Shown here: positions 9,867-20,098 of the stretch, in pieces
Layout: every line of letters begins with the position of its first letter
Numbering within the stretch: the stretch's first letter is position 1
Virus record (IMG/VR): IMGVR_UViG_3300043409_001033
Coordinates: 1-64,000 of that record
From: a virus
Direction: 5' to 3' (one strand)
DNA: 64,000 nt
Notes under the pieces: generated by a model
Told to the model about the DNA's origin: nothing
Databases searched by the model: none
Seen by the model: the letters and a program-made list of their open reading frames with translations, nothing else
Program-made: the position numbers and the translations under genes

Positions 9867-11204
9867 TTAAGCAGTTCTATAATCATTTGCATTTTGAATA
9901 GATACCATATTGAAATCTCTTTTGTTTTGATTCAAGGTATCAGCAATAGTTTTACTATTAGATGATTGTGGTGTTTTTGTAGATGTCTTATTTGAAATGA
10001 TTGAATTTTCCAAAATAGCCATATCACCAACTATCCATTTACGATTTGATTTTGTATCTTTTATTTTTTCATTGGGTAATACAAAAAAGCTATCACTTAA
10101 AGATTTCTTTGGTAAAAAGTTGTGAATTACTTTTAATGACATGGAAACTTCAATCATCATTGGTAGTGTATATTCATCATTTGATATACCTTCATCCGAA
10201 CCATTTTGTGTATCTAAAGCAATAACCCAAGCACTTTCATCGGGAATTGTGTAAGTCAAAGATGAGATTAGACAGGGTTGATTTTCTAAATAATCCCCAA
10301 TAGTAATTTTGTGAAATGAGCCTCTTAGTTTATTTTTATAATAATCTCCGTAAGTACTTGAAGCCAATGTATTCAATTTTTGATACATCACTTTCATTTC
10401 TTGTTTTGTATGAGAATATATTTTAAAAGTTAAACTAATTGTTCTATCGGTTTTTTGATAAGTATAAAAAGATTCTCCTCTACCCATATAACTAAATGAA
10501 TTATGTTCGGGAGAATAAGAATCGGATATTCCTGTTAAATTGGCTCTAAATACTAAATAATTACCAAAATTAGGATTATTATTATCTATTGTTTGTATTC
10601 TAAATCTTACTAAATCTCTTGTTTGTTGTCTTAAATAATCAGTAGTAGGATTTGTAACATCGGTTGGAGAAATTCTACTATCAAAAAGTTTAGTATCATT
10701 TGTTCCACCTAAAGGAAAGTTTGAGTAATAAGGTGGTAAATTACCTATGGTTTCATCAGTTACGCCTAATCCAACTCTTTTTTCAAGATTAAATTTTTTA
10801 TAAGACTCTACATAAGGTTTATTGGTAACAGGATTGTTTAATCCTTCTACTTTAGCCCTAAAATCTTCCATAGAAATATCAGAACCATCATAAGAAGTAA
10901 TCTGTCTATATGACCAAGATAAACCATTATTTGCAGTTGATGGTGGCGAAGAAGGATTATTTCTTGTTACAACAGTATTTTGACTTTGATTAAAGGTATC
11001 CTTTTGTTGTATAAAAATTTTATCAGCAATATCTTTCAAATCATCTCCTTTTAAAACAGGAAAAGTTTCATTTTTAGCAACTACTTCTTGTTTTATTTTA
11101 GATAATGATGGATTTAAAGTATCAAGTAGTACTTTACTTGCTATAATTTCGGCAGTAACACGTCCATAATTAGTTGGTAAATTGTTTAATGAAATTATTG
11201 ACAT
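9867..11204 (-). CDS. tail tube initiator / baseplate-tube junction protein
   Basis: FRANLTGISDSYSPEHNSFSYMGRGESFYTYQKTDRTISLTF...LPMMIEVSMSL; lies between tape measure and LysM genes. Confidence 0.65.
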   Translation of the reverse strand: MSIISLNNLPTNYGRVTAEIIASKVLLDTLNPSLSKIKQEVVAKNETFPVLKGDDLKDIADKIFIQQKDTFNQSQNTVVTRNNPSSPPSTANNGLSWSYRQITSYDGSDISMEDFRAKVEGLNNPVTNKPYVESYKKFNLEKRVGLGVTDETIGNLPPYYSNFPLGGTNDTKLFDSRISPTDVTNPTTDYLRQQTRDLVRFRIQTIDNNNPNFGNYLVFRANLTGISDSYSPEHNSFSYMGRGESFYTYQKTDRTISLTFKIYSHTKQEMKVMYQKLNTLASSTYGDYYKNKLRGSFHKITIGDYLENQPCLISSLTYTIPDESAWVIALDTQNGSDEGISNDEYTLPMMIEVSMSLKVIHNFLPKKSLSDSFFVLPNEKIKDTKSNRKWIVGDMAILENSIISNKTSTKTPQSSNSKTIADTLNQNKRDFNMVSIQNANDYRTA

Positions 11205-11207
11205 TAT

Positions 11208-13718
11208 CTATTGATTATGGTTTGTTTTATTAAATGCTTGTTTTATTGGTAAAGAATCAATCTGAACTGTTGTATTTTTTCTCTTGGTTACTTCAATTAG
11301 TTCATCAATCTTTTTAGAAAACATTTCAAAATCACTCGTTGGTACTTTACCCGTTGGATATTGATATATACCTCTTTGTAATGGGTCTATTTCTTTATTC
11401 ATTGATAATTTTGCCTTATATTCAACTGATTTTTCTCCTTTATTGCCTTTGATTGACTCTAATTCGGAAAGATTTTTTAACTGTTCTATGCCATATTTAC
11501 TTATTTCTTGTATTAGCGACTTATATTCATCACTATCTTTATTGACATTTGGTAATTTTCTCGATGCTATATTCTTTGCAAGATATTCTTTCTCATCTTT
11601 ATCGCTAATAACACCGAAGAAATTTGCATAACTAACAAAACTATCTGCTAATTTGTCTAATATAGCTCCATCACCAAATATTTCCGCAATTTTTTCCTTA
11701 ATTTTATTTAAAGTCTCTTCAAATTTTTGTTGAGCAGATAATTGGGATAGATTTTGTTGTCCGAGTTCTCCTAATTGTCTTATTTTTTCTTCTTGAGATA
11801 ACAAACCATCGTTCATTATCTTAGAATATTTACTTTTAAATTCTTCGCTATGGGATAAAAAACTTCTTTGGTCTTCGGTAAACTTATTATTACCAACTTT
11901 AATCAAAGTAGCGTTGATTTTTTGTTGATAAAGCATATCAATCATCTCTTTACGAGTATAACCCAATGCTTGAGCATACGATTGTTGTTGGAGAACATTC
12001 ATATTAGTAAATTCATCGAATGAACCTACTTGAGATGTTATCTCTTTCATTAACGTAGCAGTATCGCCCATCAAACTTGCATAACGAGCCTTTTCAAGAT
12101 TAATACTTTTACCAGTTATTAACTCAGCACTTAATTCAGCGTTAAGACTTGATTCAAAATCTAATAAAGACTCACTTATACTATCTATTTTCTCTAAAGT
12201 AGTACCTAATTCTTGTGCCTTTGTAACTGCTTTAGCAATCTCTCCATAATTTCCTTTAAAATTAGCTTTGATTTCACTTGAACTATGCAAAACTTTTTCT
12301 AAAACACCTTTTACATTAGCTAAACCTTTGGATTGTAATACAATATTACCAATTATATCATTTTCTACTTTAGATATTTCTTGATTATTGTATAAAGCAT
12401 TTGAAATTAATTCATTATTGGCTTGTTGAGATAAACCAATTAGTTTATTATTTCTTACAATACTTTTTAAAAATTCTTCGGATAAATTTACACTATAACC
12501 AAACTCGTCGTTGAATTTAATTTGAGATTTAATTAAATCATCAATATTTATTCCAAGTTCATTATTAAAAGATTCTAATCTATCATAAACTCCACCAATT
12601 TCATTCTTAGAAACGTTAAAAGATTTGGCTAAATCAGTTGCTCTACTATCGGCTTTAGCCATTAGTTCGACAATCTCTTTTAATAAAGCAACACTTCCTC
12701 CAACTAAACCCATTTTAACCAAACTACTATTTTCTATTAAAGAAGACGTTAAAGCAGTAGTTGTTCCTTGACCAGCTTTCATCTTTTGTGACATAGCATC
12801 ACTCATAGCTCTAAAATCAATAATAGAACTTAATGGTGTATGTTGTAAAGATTTCAAAACTCTATCAATACCAGCAATACTTTTCTCGGTTTGTCGAGTT
12901 ATATTGTAATATTTTTCAAACTGTTCGGTTATTTTCTTTATACCATCTTCTTGTAGAGTTAGTGAAGAAATAACATTAGTTGATTCTAATATATTATTTA
13001 TTAATTCGGCTACATCTTTATCTCCATTAGATTTTTCTAATATCTCTTTTATAATATTAGCGGAAACTTGAGATTCTTTATCAAGTTTGGTTCTAATTGA
13101 TTTTTCTTGTTTTTCAGATGTTGCGTTTGTTAATTCTTCTAATAGATTCTGATATTTGGCTCCTGATATTTCTAATTGTTTAGTTAGAGTTTCGTCTATT
13201 AAACCAGAACCGACAATACTTCCACTTGTTAGGAGTTTTTGTAATTCTACATAACCAGTTTTTAAAGATTTTTGAGCTTTTTCTTGCTCTTGAAATACTT
13301 TAGCAGATGATAATTCTAATTTAGATAATTCTTTTTTGATTTTTAGAGAATCCATTTCTCCTCTAACAATCTTATTAGTAAAATCTAATGTGTCGTCTAA
13401 AAAATGTAAATTTTTATTAGTTAAATCGTTGATATTTTTTCTTGTAGCTTCATCTGCTTTAGTATGTTTAAAAATCTCTTTGTTAAACTTTAAAATGTCA
13501 TCAATATTATGTCTTTGTTTTGAATATAATTTACCTGCTTGCTCTAATGACTTATTAATATCAACATAAGACTTAGCCAATCTTTGATTTGCATTAATCA
13601 TTTTAACTACTTCTTCTACCGAAAGTTGCATATTTCTTGCTCCTTCGAGTATATCTTTCATTGCAGATAATGCTTCTATATCATATTTAACACCTCCTAT
13701 GGTTACTTGTTTAGCCAT
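11208..13718 (-). CDS. tail tape measure protein
   Basis: 836 aa, helical; LLDFESSLNAELSAELITGKSINLEKAR and QQQSYAQALG; follows the chaperone pair. Confidence 0.8.
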   Translation of the reverse strand: MAKQVTIGGVKYDIEALSAMKDILEGARNMQLSVEEVVKMINANQRLAKSYVDINKSLEQAGKLYSKQRHNIDDILKFNKEIFKHTKADEATRKNINDLTNKNLHFLDDTLDFTNKIVRGEMDSLKIKKELSKLELSSAKVFQEQEKAQKSLKTGYVELQKLLTSGSIVGSGLIDETLTKQLEISGAKYQNLLEELTNATSEKQEKSIRTKLDKESQVSANIIKEILEKSNGDKDVAELINNILESTNVISSLTLQEDGIKKITEQFEKYYNITRQTEKSIAGIDRVLKSLQHTPLSSIIDFRAMSDAMSQKMKAGQGTTTALTSSLIENSSLVKMGLVGGSVALLKEIVELMAKADSRATDLAKSFNVSKNEIGGVYDRLESFNNELGINIDDLIKSQIKFNDEFGYSVNLSEEFLKSIVRNNKLIGLSQQANNELISNALYNNQEISKVENDIIGNIVLQSKGLANVKGVLEKVLHSSSEIKANFKGNYGEIAKAVTKAQELGTTLEKIDSISESLLDFESSLNAELSAELITGKSINLEKARYASLMGDTATLMKEITSQVGSFDEFTNMNVLQQQSYAQALGYTRKEMIDMLYQQKINATLIKVGNNKFTEDQRSFLSHSEEFKSKYSKIMNDGLLSQEEKIRQLGELGQQNLSQLSAQQKFEETLNKIKEKIAEIFGDGAILDKLADSFVSYANFFGVISDKDEKEYLAKNIASRKLPNVNKDSDEYKSLIQEISKYGIEQLKNLSELESIKGNKGEKSVEYKAKLSMNKEIDPLQRGIYQYPTGKVPTSDFEMFSKKIDELIEVTKRKNTTVQIDSLPIKQAFNKTNHNQ

Positions 13719-13999
13719 TAACGTACTTTAGGTGAATTGAAAGGAGTAGCATTTTTATACTTACTCGCTAATTTGTTTAATTGTTTGGTACTTACATTTT
13801 CAGTTAATCTATTTGGATTAGCTTCAATCATAGAATCTTCTAATCTTTCTTTGATTGCGTTTAATTCCATCTTTCTAACCGATACAGGCATATAATTTAT
13901 TACATAAAAATCAGTAAAACCTTTTCCATAAAATAATAAATCCCTTATCTCTTGTTTAACCGATTTTCGGTACTCGTTTGATGTCATAAAACAAGTCAA
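13718..13999 (-). CDS. second tail assembly chaperone ORF (GT-like; own start at 13987 or reached by frameshift)
   Basis: Overlaps the upstream chaperone by 44 nt in the +1 frame, sits immediately before the tape measure gene, and contains YMPVSVR. Confidence 0.65.
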   Translation of the reverse strand: MTCFMTSNEYRKSVKQEIRDLLFYGKGFTDFYVINYMPVSVRKMELNAIKERLEDSMIEANPNRLTENVSTKQLNKLASKYKNATPFNSPKVR

Positions 14000-14705
14000 T
14001 ATAGCGAAAGGGAATAGTATGTTCCTCCCCTCCTTCGGAGTCTTTCACTCTAATATCAACTTCGGGTGAAATTTCATTATGAAATAAAATAATCTCTCTA
14101 ACATCTATACCAACTAATTTATTTGAAATAAAATTTTCAATAGTTTCTTTTGAATAATCTTTATCAACCGATGTTATAATCTTTTTTAATTTTAATTGTC
14201 TATCAAAATTTTCTTCGGGAAATAATTCTCTTAGTCTATTTGCTTCTTCTTCAATTTCAATTAAATCTCCATGTGTCAAAAGTTTAATTGTAATATTTAT
14301 TCCCGACCACGGTAATTCAAAAGGAATTTCATTTGAATTATTAAATAAAGATTCATTAAAAGGTTTGTTTGGTAATTTTGTTAAATCTACTCTTAGTGGT
14401 TTACCTTTATATTCATAATCTACAATATGACCATAAGATAAAATTCTTGAAGCCAATAGCAATTGAAATCTATCTCCTTCTATTAAATCATTGATATTAA
14501 TATCTTTATCAACAATCAATGACTGACAAAATTTATCCAACGTATATTGAATACCTCTATTAATATAGTTAATATTAGTTAATATATCTTCGTGAAAAGC
14601 TGTCATATATCTCATATCAACATATCCTTTTGATAAAGGGTTTGATTTAGGATATACTAATCCTTTACTCGGTAAGTCGATTCTTTCTGTTTGAAACGGT
14701 AACAT
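13956..14705 (-). CDS. baseplate hub assembly / tail chaperone (T4 gp26-like)
   Basis: IDLPSKGLVY, MRYMTAFHEDIL, GDRFQLLLASRILSYG and FELPWSG; lies between tube and tape measure genes. Confidence 0.75.
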   Translation of the reverse strand: MLPFQTERIDLPSKGLVYPKSNPLSKGYVDMRYMTAFHEDILTNINYINRGIQYTLDKFCQSLIVDKDININDLIEGDRFQLLLASRILSYGHIVDYEYKGKPLRVDLTKLPNKPFNESLFNNSNEIPFELPWSGINITIKLLTHGDLIEIEEEANRLRELFPEENFDRQLKLKKIITSVDKDYSKETIENFISNKLVGIDVREIILFHNEISPEVDIRVKDSEGGEEHTIPFRYIDLFYDIKRVPKIG

Positions 14706-14722
14706 AATGGTAGTTCTTTTTA

Positions 14723-14732
14723 TTATAAATAT
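14723..14732 (-). promoter_or_regulatory. late-promoter-like motif ATATTTATAA
   Basis: Exact 10-mer 17 nt upstream of ATG 14705; recurs before 11 other genes. Confidence 0.7.
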
Positions 14733-14761
14733 CTAAAAGTTTTAATTTGGTATAAGTATAT

Positions 14762-14795
14762 AAAAAAATATCCCACCTCAAGGAAGTGGGTATTT
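14762..14795 (-). terminator. intrinsic terminator after the tail tube gene
   Basis: CCCACTTC-CTT-GAGGTGGG stem followed by ATATTTTTTT. Confidence 0.75.
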
Positions 14796-14823
14796 AAAAA
14801 GAAAGAAGAATTACCAAAAATTT

Positions 14824-15309
14824 TTAGAAATCTAAATTAGACCAGTCAACAGAAATATCTAATGTAATATCTACTTTAGCGTCTTCTGCTTTACTATAAT
14901 CTGCTCCTGTAATTGTTTTAATCCAACATCCATAACAAGTCCATTGTTGAACTACTGTACCCAAACCATCTACAATTTGAACCGTGATTGTTTTTTTATA
15001 CGTATCAGCATATCCCTTTAGTCCTGTTGGTCTTTCAGCTTGCAATCTATGCCATGTGTATACTAATTGCATAGTTGAAGGTAGGATTGCTTGATATAAA
15101 GTTAAAGACATATCTGTATAAGTTGTTCTTCCTGCAACTTTTTCAGAAGTGTTTATTTGTTGTATTTCAATTTGAGAAGTAACTGGTTGTGGTATTGTTA
15201 CGGCTTGAACTAAAAATGGAGGAATACCATCAATCAATACTTGAAATCTTGATTTCTGTAAAGGTTCGATAGGTAAGCCCAAAAGTTCGTTATTTGTTAA
15301 TGTTGCCAT
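14824..15309 (-). CDS. gp19: tail tube protein (T4 gp19-like)
   Basis: EPLQKSRF, KVAGRTTYTDMSLTLY, GYADTYKK and WTCYGCWI; directly downstream of the sheath gene. Confidence 0.9.
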   Translation of the reverse strand: MATLTNNELLGLPIEPLQKSRFQVLIDGIPPFLVQAVTIPQPVTSQIEIQQINTSEKVAGRTTYTDMSLTLYQAILPSTMQLVYTWHRLQAERPTGLKGYADTYKKTITVQIVDGLGTVVQQWTCYGCWIKTITGADYSKAEDAKVDITLDISVDWSNLDF

Positions 15310-15327
15310 TGATGAAGTTTCTTTTAT

Positions 15328-15337
15328 TTATAAATAT
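15328..15337 (-). promoter_or_regulatory. late-promoter-like motif ATATTTATAA
   Basis: Exact 10-mer 18 nt upstream of the tube ATG. Confidence 0.7.
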
Positions 15338-15361
15338 AGAAATCGTAAAATTTATTAATCA

Positions 15362-17065
15362 TTAAGCAAGCACAGCACCAGTTTCTCTAAGAACAAGATT
15401 GAACACAATTTTTTCAATTGCTTTAATTGGAATCAATTCAATTTTGATTTGAATTTCTCCTCTATCTATTGTCTCAGGTGAATCATCAATTGTAGTTGAA
15501 TAAGCACTAATACCGTAGTCTTTGATTAGTTTTTCTAAATAAGCATTAATATCATTTTTAAGTGAAATTATTGTTTTTCCAGATGCTTGTTCTTCAATAT
15601 ACTTATTACCAATTACTGTTAAATTAAACTTAGCTTCAATTAACATTAATCTTACATTGTTTTTATCTAATACAGTTTGTTTTTTCTGTAAAGTATTTTG
15701 ACCTAAAACAACGTAATCATAAGCAGGATGTTTTGAAATAAAGTTTACGTTTCCTTTATTTAAGGCATCTTTTTGTTTTTCCGAAAGTTTTACTTGAGAA
15801 GTAACAACAGACGATAAACTACCGTTATTATAACCAGCAGGAGCATAAAATGGTTGTTTGTATTTTTTAATATAAGCATAAACGCCAGCAACAACCGTAG
15901 ATGGAGTTACCCATACGTTTTTATTTAATCCTGTTGAGGGAATTTGTACGTGGTTGTAATATAATGTTCCATAATTACTATCATACAGGCTTGCAACAGA
16001 AATTGCATCAGTATCTTTTCTACCATAAGAAACAGCATCACCTACTAATAAAGCATCTCCTCTACCTTCTACCATACCTAATGCTTTAGTGAATATCGCA
16101 GGATGAGTTTCAGCACTTATACCAGATAAGAATAACAAATTAAATTGGAAATCATCTTTATTTGATAATAAGTCAATTGCAGTGTCATAAGCAGTTGTTG
16201 TTGAATCATATCCTTGTGAGTTACTACCAGAAATATTTTCAAAAAATGCTTGTGGATGAGTAATCTTTCCATCCGAACCACCAGAGAAACTACCAGATGA
16301 ATTAGCAGGTAACGAACCACTTAATAAAGGATTCACGTTTCCAGCATTATCAAAATAATTTGGTGTTTTTTGTAAAACAGAAGAAATTCTAATAAATTTA
16401 GATTTATTTGGATAAGAACCAGATTTATTAAGAATTTTGTTTACAGAATCATACACATAAACACTATCTCCAATTTTATTTGAAATATAATCAGTAGAGG
16501 TTGGGTCTAATGATAAATTATCAAATTGTTCTAATACAATCGGTTTTTTAGCATTATCATCTCCTCTACGAACAAGCAACGAGAACGTTCCTCTCGAAGT
16601 ATCAGAATTAGCAACTTCCCATCTAATATTATCAACTGTTCCAAGTGTCAGAGAACCAGAACTATTAGCAATCTCAGAACCAGAATTATTCAAAATAGAA
16701 CCATCGTTCAATGTTTCGATAATGAATGAAGCAGAAGTATTTGGAGAAGTAACAGTTGAAGTAGCAGGAGAATAAGAACCAGATTTGATAGGAACAACCA
16801 ATAAAGTATCTCCACCATTGTTGAAATATTCTTTAGCTAATAATGAACCTTGATATTCATAATAATCAGAACCAGATTTAAAGGTTGTTCCAAAAAAATC
16901 AGCAAATTGTTGATATGAAGTTACAGAAGTAGGAACAAATGCTTTACCTTTAACCGTAGGTGTTACAACGCAAGCACCGATTGTAATATTACCAGATGAA
17001 TATGCAGTTAAATCGGTTTCGGTGAAATATACGCCAGACGCTTTATTTATATATGATACAGACAT
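15362..17065 (-). CDS. gp18: contractile tail sheath protein (T4 gp18-like)
   Basis: SGVYFTETD, YFNNGG, FYAPAGYNNG, GQNTLQ, NVRLML and IDRGEI. Confidence 0.93.
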   Translation of the reverse strand: MSVSYINKASGVYFTETDLTAYSSGNITIGACVVTPTVKGKAFVPTSVTSYQQFADFFGTTFKSGSDYYEYQGSLLAKEYFNNGGDTLLVVPIKSGSYSPATSTVTSPNTSASFIIETLNDGSILNNSGSEIANSSGSLTLGTVDNIRWEVANSDTSRGTFSLLVRRGDDNAKKPIVLEQFDNLSLDPTSTDYISNKIGDSVYVYDSVNKILNKSGSYPNKSKFIRISSVLQKTPNYFDNAGNVNPLLSGSLPANSSGSFSGGSDGKITHPQAFFENISGSNSQGYDSTTTAYDTAIDLLSNKDDFQFNLLFLSGISAETHPAIFTKALGMVEGRGDALLVGDAVSYGRKDTDAISVASLYDSNYGTLYYNHVQIPSTGLNKNVWVTPSTVVAGVYAYIKKYKQPFYAPAGYNNGSLSSVVTSQVKLSEKQKDALNKGNVNFISKHPAYDYVVLGQNTLQKKQTVLDKNNVRLMLIEAKFNLTVIGNKYIEEQASGKTIISLKNDINAYLEKLIKDYGISAYSTTIDDSPETIDRGEIQIKIELIPIKAIEKIVFNLVLRETGAVLA

Positions 17066-17208
17066 TTATGTATTTTTTAATTATATATATGAGAAAAACA
17101 AGAAAAATTCAAACTTTCTTTAAAAGTTTATAAAGATTCTTTATTTAATTATATTTTCTCTATATAAATTATAAAAACTACCTAAAATTATGAGTAAAAT
17201 AAGTTGTA

Positions 17209-18006
17209 TCATAAAGGAACTACTGTTTCGGTAATCTTAATTGAAGTTGGTGTATATTTTTTTCCTACTTGATTTATTTCTCTAATTTGAACAGATGGAA
17301 CTATATGTCCATGAATTGTTAATGAAAAATCAGTTTTGATTAATCTTTCATTTTCAACTGAAATATCAGAAGAATCTGAAAATGATTCTATATTTGTTTT
17401 GAATGAAAAACTATTTGGTTTACCCCAATATGAATTAGAAGAATATAATAATGATTCAACTATTTTGTTCATGTTTTCAACAAAATTAGTCAATATAATT
17501 CCATTATAAGTAATGGTTAAATAATCAGGAACCGTTACGGTATAAGTTTCTATTTGTGGTTTTCTAAACTTAGAAAATCTATCATAAATATTCTTCTCAG
17601 AATAGGCTCTATTGAACGTAAATTGACTAAGTGGAACATTACCATCAACCTTATTAATAAAGTCTCTATTAGGCGTTATTGAGTCTCTATTAAGGACAAT
17701 TATTGGAACTAATATTTTATCATTTTTATCACGATAATAACCATCGGTTTGAATAGCTTTCCAAACCTCTTGATTACCTATAATTATAGGAACTTTAATA
17801 ATAGTTCCATTTTGAACTATTTGAGGTTTTATTATATTATTTATATAATATAGGATTGCATCATCATGGGTAATTAAATCTACATTTAATCTTTCAAGAG
17901 TAGAATCGTCTTTAGTAGATATATCATTTGCTCTATCCGAGTATTTATCTACTTGTGAGATAGTGTCTTGTTGAACCGATATATTTTGTAATAACTTCTT
18001 TGCCAT
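17209..18006 (-). CDS. gp15: tail terminator / sheath stabiliser (T4 gp15-like)
   Basis: IIKVPIIIG...W, PIIVLNR and VPDYLTITY...MNKIVE; canonical neck-gp15-sheath order. Confidence 0.7.
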   Translation of the reverse strand: MAKKLLQNISVQQDTISQVDKYSDRANDISTKDDSTLERLNVDLITHDDAILYYINNIIKPQIVQNGTIIKVPIIIGNQEVWKAIQTDGYYRDKNDKILVPIIVLNRDSITPNRDFINKVDGNVPLSQFTFNRAYSEKNIYDRFSKFRKPQIETYTVTVPDYLTITYNGIILTNFVENMNKIVESLLYSSNSYWGKPNSFSFKTNIESFSDSSDISVENERLIKTDFSLTIHGHIVPSVQIREINQVGKKYTPTSIKITETVVPL

Positions 18007-18011
18007 TTTAA

Positions 18012-18506
18012 TTAGATTCTTGAAGATGTAATATTTAATTTCTCAGGAGAAATATATACAAAAGTTGTACTTACCGAAATACTTTCTCCATAATTTGATA
18101 AATATTCATCTCCATAATTATAAACAGGATTTTTTCCTGCTATATATTGATTTTCATTAGACATTTTTAATTCATAATAATCATCGTTCCAAACAATAAC
18201 ATCTCCTAATTCGGGAAATATATCTTTTTCTTTTAGATGGTCTTTTAAAAAATCAATTTGAAGAGTACGTGCCGTGTCGGGCATTGATGAATTAATAGTA
18301 TTTTGAAATTCTCCATGGTTAATAACACAATAAACTAAAACAGGTGGATACCAAGATTTATTTAAAGATTCTCCATAAATATTAGTTGGGGATTCTTCAA
18401 CAATTAATTTATAATAACCAACTTGTTGTTCCATGATATTTTCTATCACTTCTTTGTTGATATGTTTAAATAAATTTATATCTCTACTTGAACCAAATAA
18501 TGCCAT
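18012..18506 (-). CDS. gp14: neck / head-closure protein (T4 gp14-like)
   Basis: NIYGES and PELGDVIVWNDDYYE; position downstream of gp13. Confidence 0.7.
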   Translation of the reverse strand: MALFGSSRDINLFKHINKEVIENIMEQQVGYYKLIVEESPTNIYGESLNKSWYPPVLVYCVINHGEFQNTINSSMPDTARTLQIDFLKDHLKEKDIFPELGDVIVWNDDYYELKMSNENQYIAGKNPVYNYGDEYLSNYGESISVSTTFVYISPEKLNITSSRI

Positions 18507-18847
18507 TATTGTATTTTTGTAATATTGTTTGGATTATAATCTATTCTATATAAACCAACTATTTTATTAAAATCACTACTTCCTCTTAAAGCCATGTTTC
18601 TAATAATTTTAAAATCTTTTTGAGGATTTGTATTAGAAATAAATTTTACATTAGCAAAGCTAAATCCAATTGTGTCGGTTTCCTTTGAATTTAGATAATC
18701 CGAATCTTTTGGTTTAACAATTACTACATTAGGAATCCCTCTTAAATTATTAAATATGTCGGCTCTATCTACTTGTTTATCTACTTTTATAAGAATCTTT
18801 ACTTGATATAAATTTAAAGATTCTTTGATTAAATTTGCTATTTTCAT
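18506..18847 (-). CDS. hypothetical protein, possible head-associated protein
   Basis: 113 aa; N-terminal MKIANLIKES resembles an I-x-E propeptide. Confidence 0.6.
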   Translation of the reverse strand: MKIANLIKESLNLYQVKILIKVDKQVDRADIFNNLRGIPNVVIVKPKDSDYLNSKETDTIGFSFANVKFISNTNPQKDFKIIRNMALRGSSDFNKIVGLYRIDYNPNNITKIQ

Positions 18848-18851
18848 TATT

Positions 18852-20054
18852 TTATTTAATATAAAATGGTAATGGAATATTTGCTAAAGTTTGAGATACC
18901 GACGATGCTTCTGCTTGTTGTCTTTCCAATTGATTTTTTCTTGAGGTTGCTTCTAACATTTCACGTAATTGTTGAAGTAAATCATCTCTTCTTTTATTGG
19001 CTTCGGTTATTAAATCTTGACTATTTAATTGTAATGTTTGCCCATCTTTTACATAAGGAATACCATTGGTAAATTTACCACGAATCATTGCAAGCATTTT
19101 CATCGAATACGCACAAGTCATATTAAATATCCAATCTTTACCTGTTGAGTTTATTGAAGAATAGGTGATATTTCCAATAGGAATATTTGAAATATTTGAT
19201 ACAAATGGATTGGTTTGAGTTGGTGGAGTTGAACCACTTTGATTATAAACATAATCATAATTTGCATCTCGTTCACTTGTTTTAATATATTCAAACCAAT
19301 ATTTACCCGATACTAATGGAATAGGCTGAATGGTTAAAACATTATTTCTTAATTCAAATGTATAAGAACTTCTTCTAATTTCATCGTTAAATTCAATAGC
19401 TTGGATTCTCATTGCATCATAGTTCATAGGCATTAATAAATAATTAACACCTACGTAAGAATCTCCGTAACCAAACCCATCTAAGAAGTTAGCAGTAGCA
19501 AGACCACCTGCCATAGTTGGGTCTAAAAATCTTGTAACAGCAGGACTTCTTTGATAAAATAATCTTTTGATTTCTATGGAGTCATCGGGATTTAAACTAC
19601 CCGAAGCAATAGCCCATTGCTTTAAATCGTATGTTTGTTGTCCTGCTACAACGTCAATATGACCTTTGTGATAAGTAACATTCCCACCCGAACCTGCTTC
19701 TGAACCGTAAGTTTTAGCTATTCTGATTATATTTCCTAAAGATGGGGTTATTTTAACATTATTAATGTCAAATGAAGAATCATTAGGTATAGGACTATTT
19801 TCAAAATTTATATAATTATCTCTTATCTTGAAGTTATTTACTTCACGAGAATATTCAAGAGTAGCTTGTTCAAAGGCATTATAAAAATGAATGTCTTGTA
19901 GTTCAACATCCATTATAGGGTATCCTAATTGAAATGCACAATATCTTGCTACTTTATCGGCATCACTTGCAAATTGAGGGTCATTATCGTAAATACCTCT
20001 TGCAGTCTTACCTGCCGAAAAAGTTGAGCTACCTGACCAAACAATTATTTCCAT
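18852..20054 (-). CDS. gp13: neck / head-tail adaptor protein (T4 gp13-like)
   Basis: LGYPIMDVELQD, WI...KMLAMIRGKF, LQLNSQDLITEA and a C-terminal PLPFYI. Confidence 0.85.
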   Translation of the reverse strand: MEIIVWSGSSTFSAGKTARGIYDNDPQFASDADKVARYCAFQLGYPIMDVELQDIHFYNAFEQATLEYSREVNNFKIRDNYINFENSPIPNDSSFDINNVKITPSLGNIIRIAKTYGSEAGSGGNVTYHKGHIDVVAGQQTYDLKQWAIASGSLNPDDSIEIKRLFYQRSPAVTRFLDPTMAGGLATANFLDGFGYGDSYVGVNYLLMPMNYDAMRIQAIEFNDEIRRSSYTFELRNNVLTIQPIPLVSGKYWFEYIKTSERDANYDYVYNQSGSTPPTQTNPFVSNISNIPIGNITYSSINSTGKDWIFNMTCAYSMKMLAMIRGKFTNGIPYVKDGQTLQLNSQDLITEANKRRDDLLQQLREMLEATSRKNQLERQQAEASSVSQTLANIPLPFYIK

Positions 20055-20066
20055 ACTTACTTTTAT

Positions 20067-20076
20067 TTATAAATAT
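20067..20076 (-). promoter_or_regulatory. late-promoter-like motif ATATTTATAA
   Basis: Exact 10-mer 12 nt upstream of the gp13 ATG. Confidence 0.7.
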
Positions 20077-20098
20077 GGAAATAATTGAATTTGTAAAG

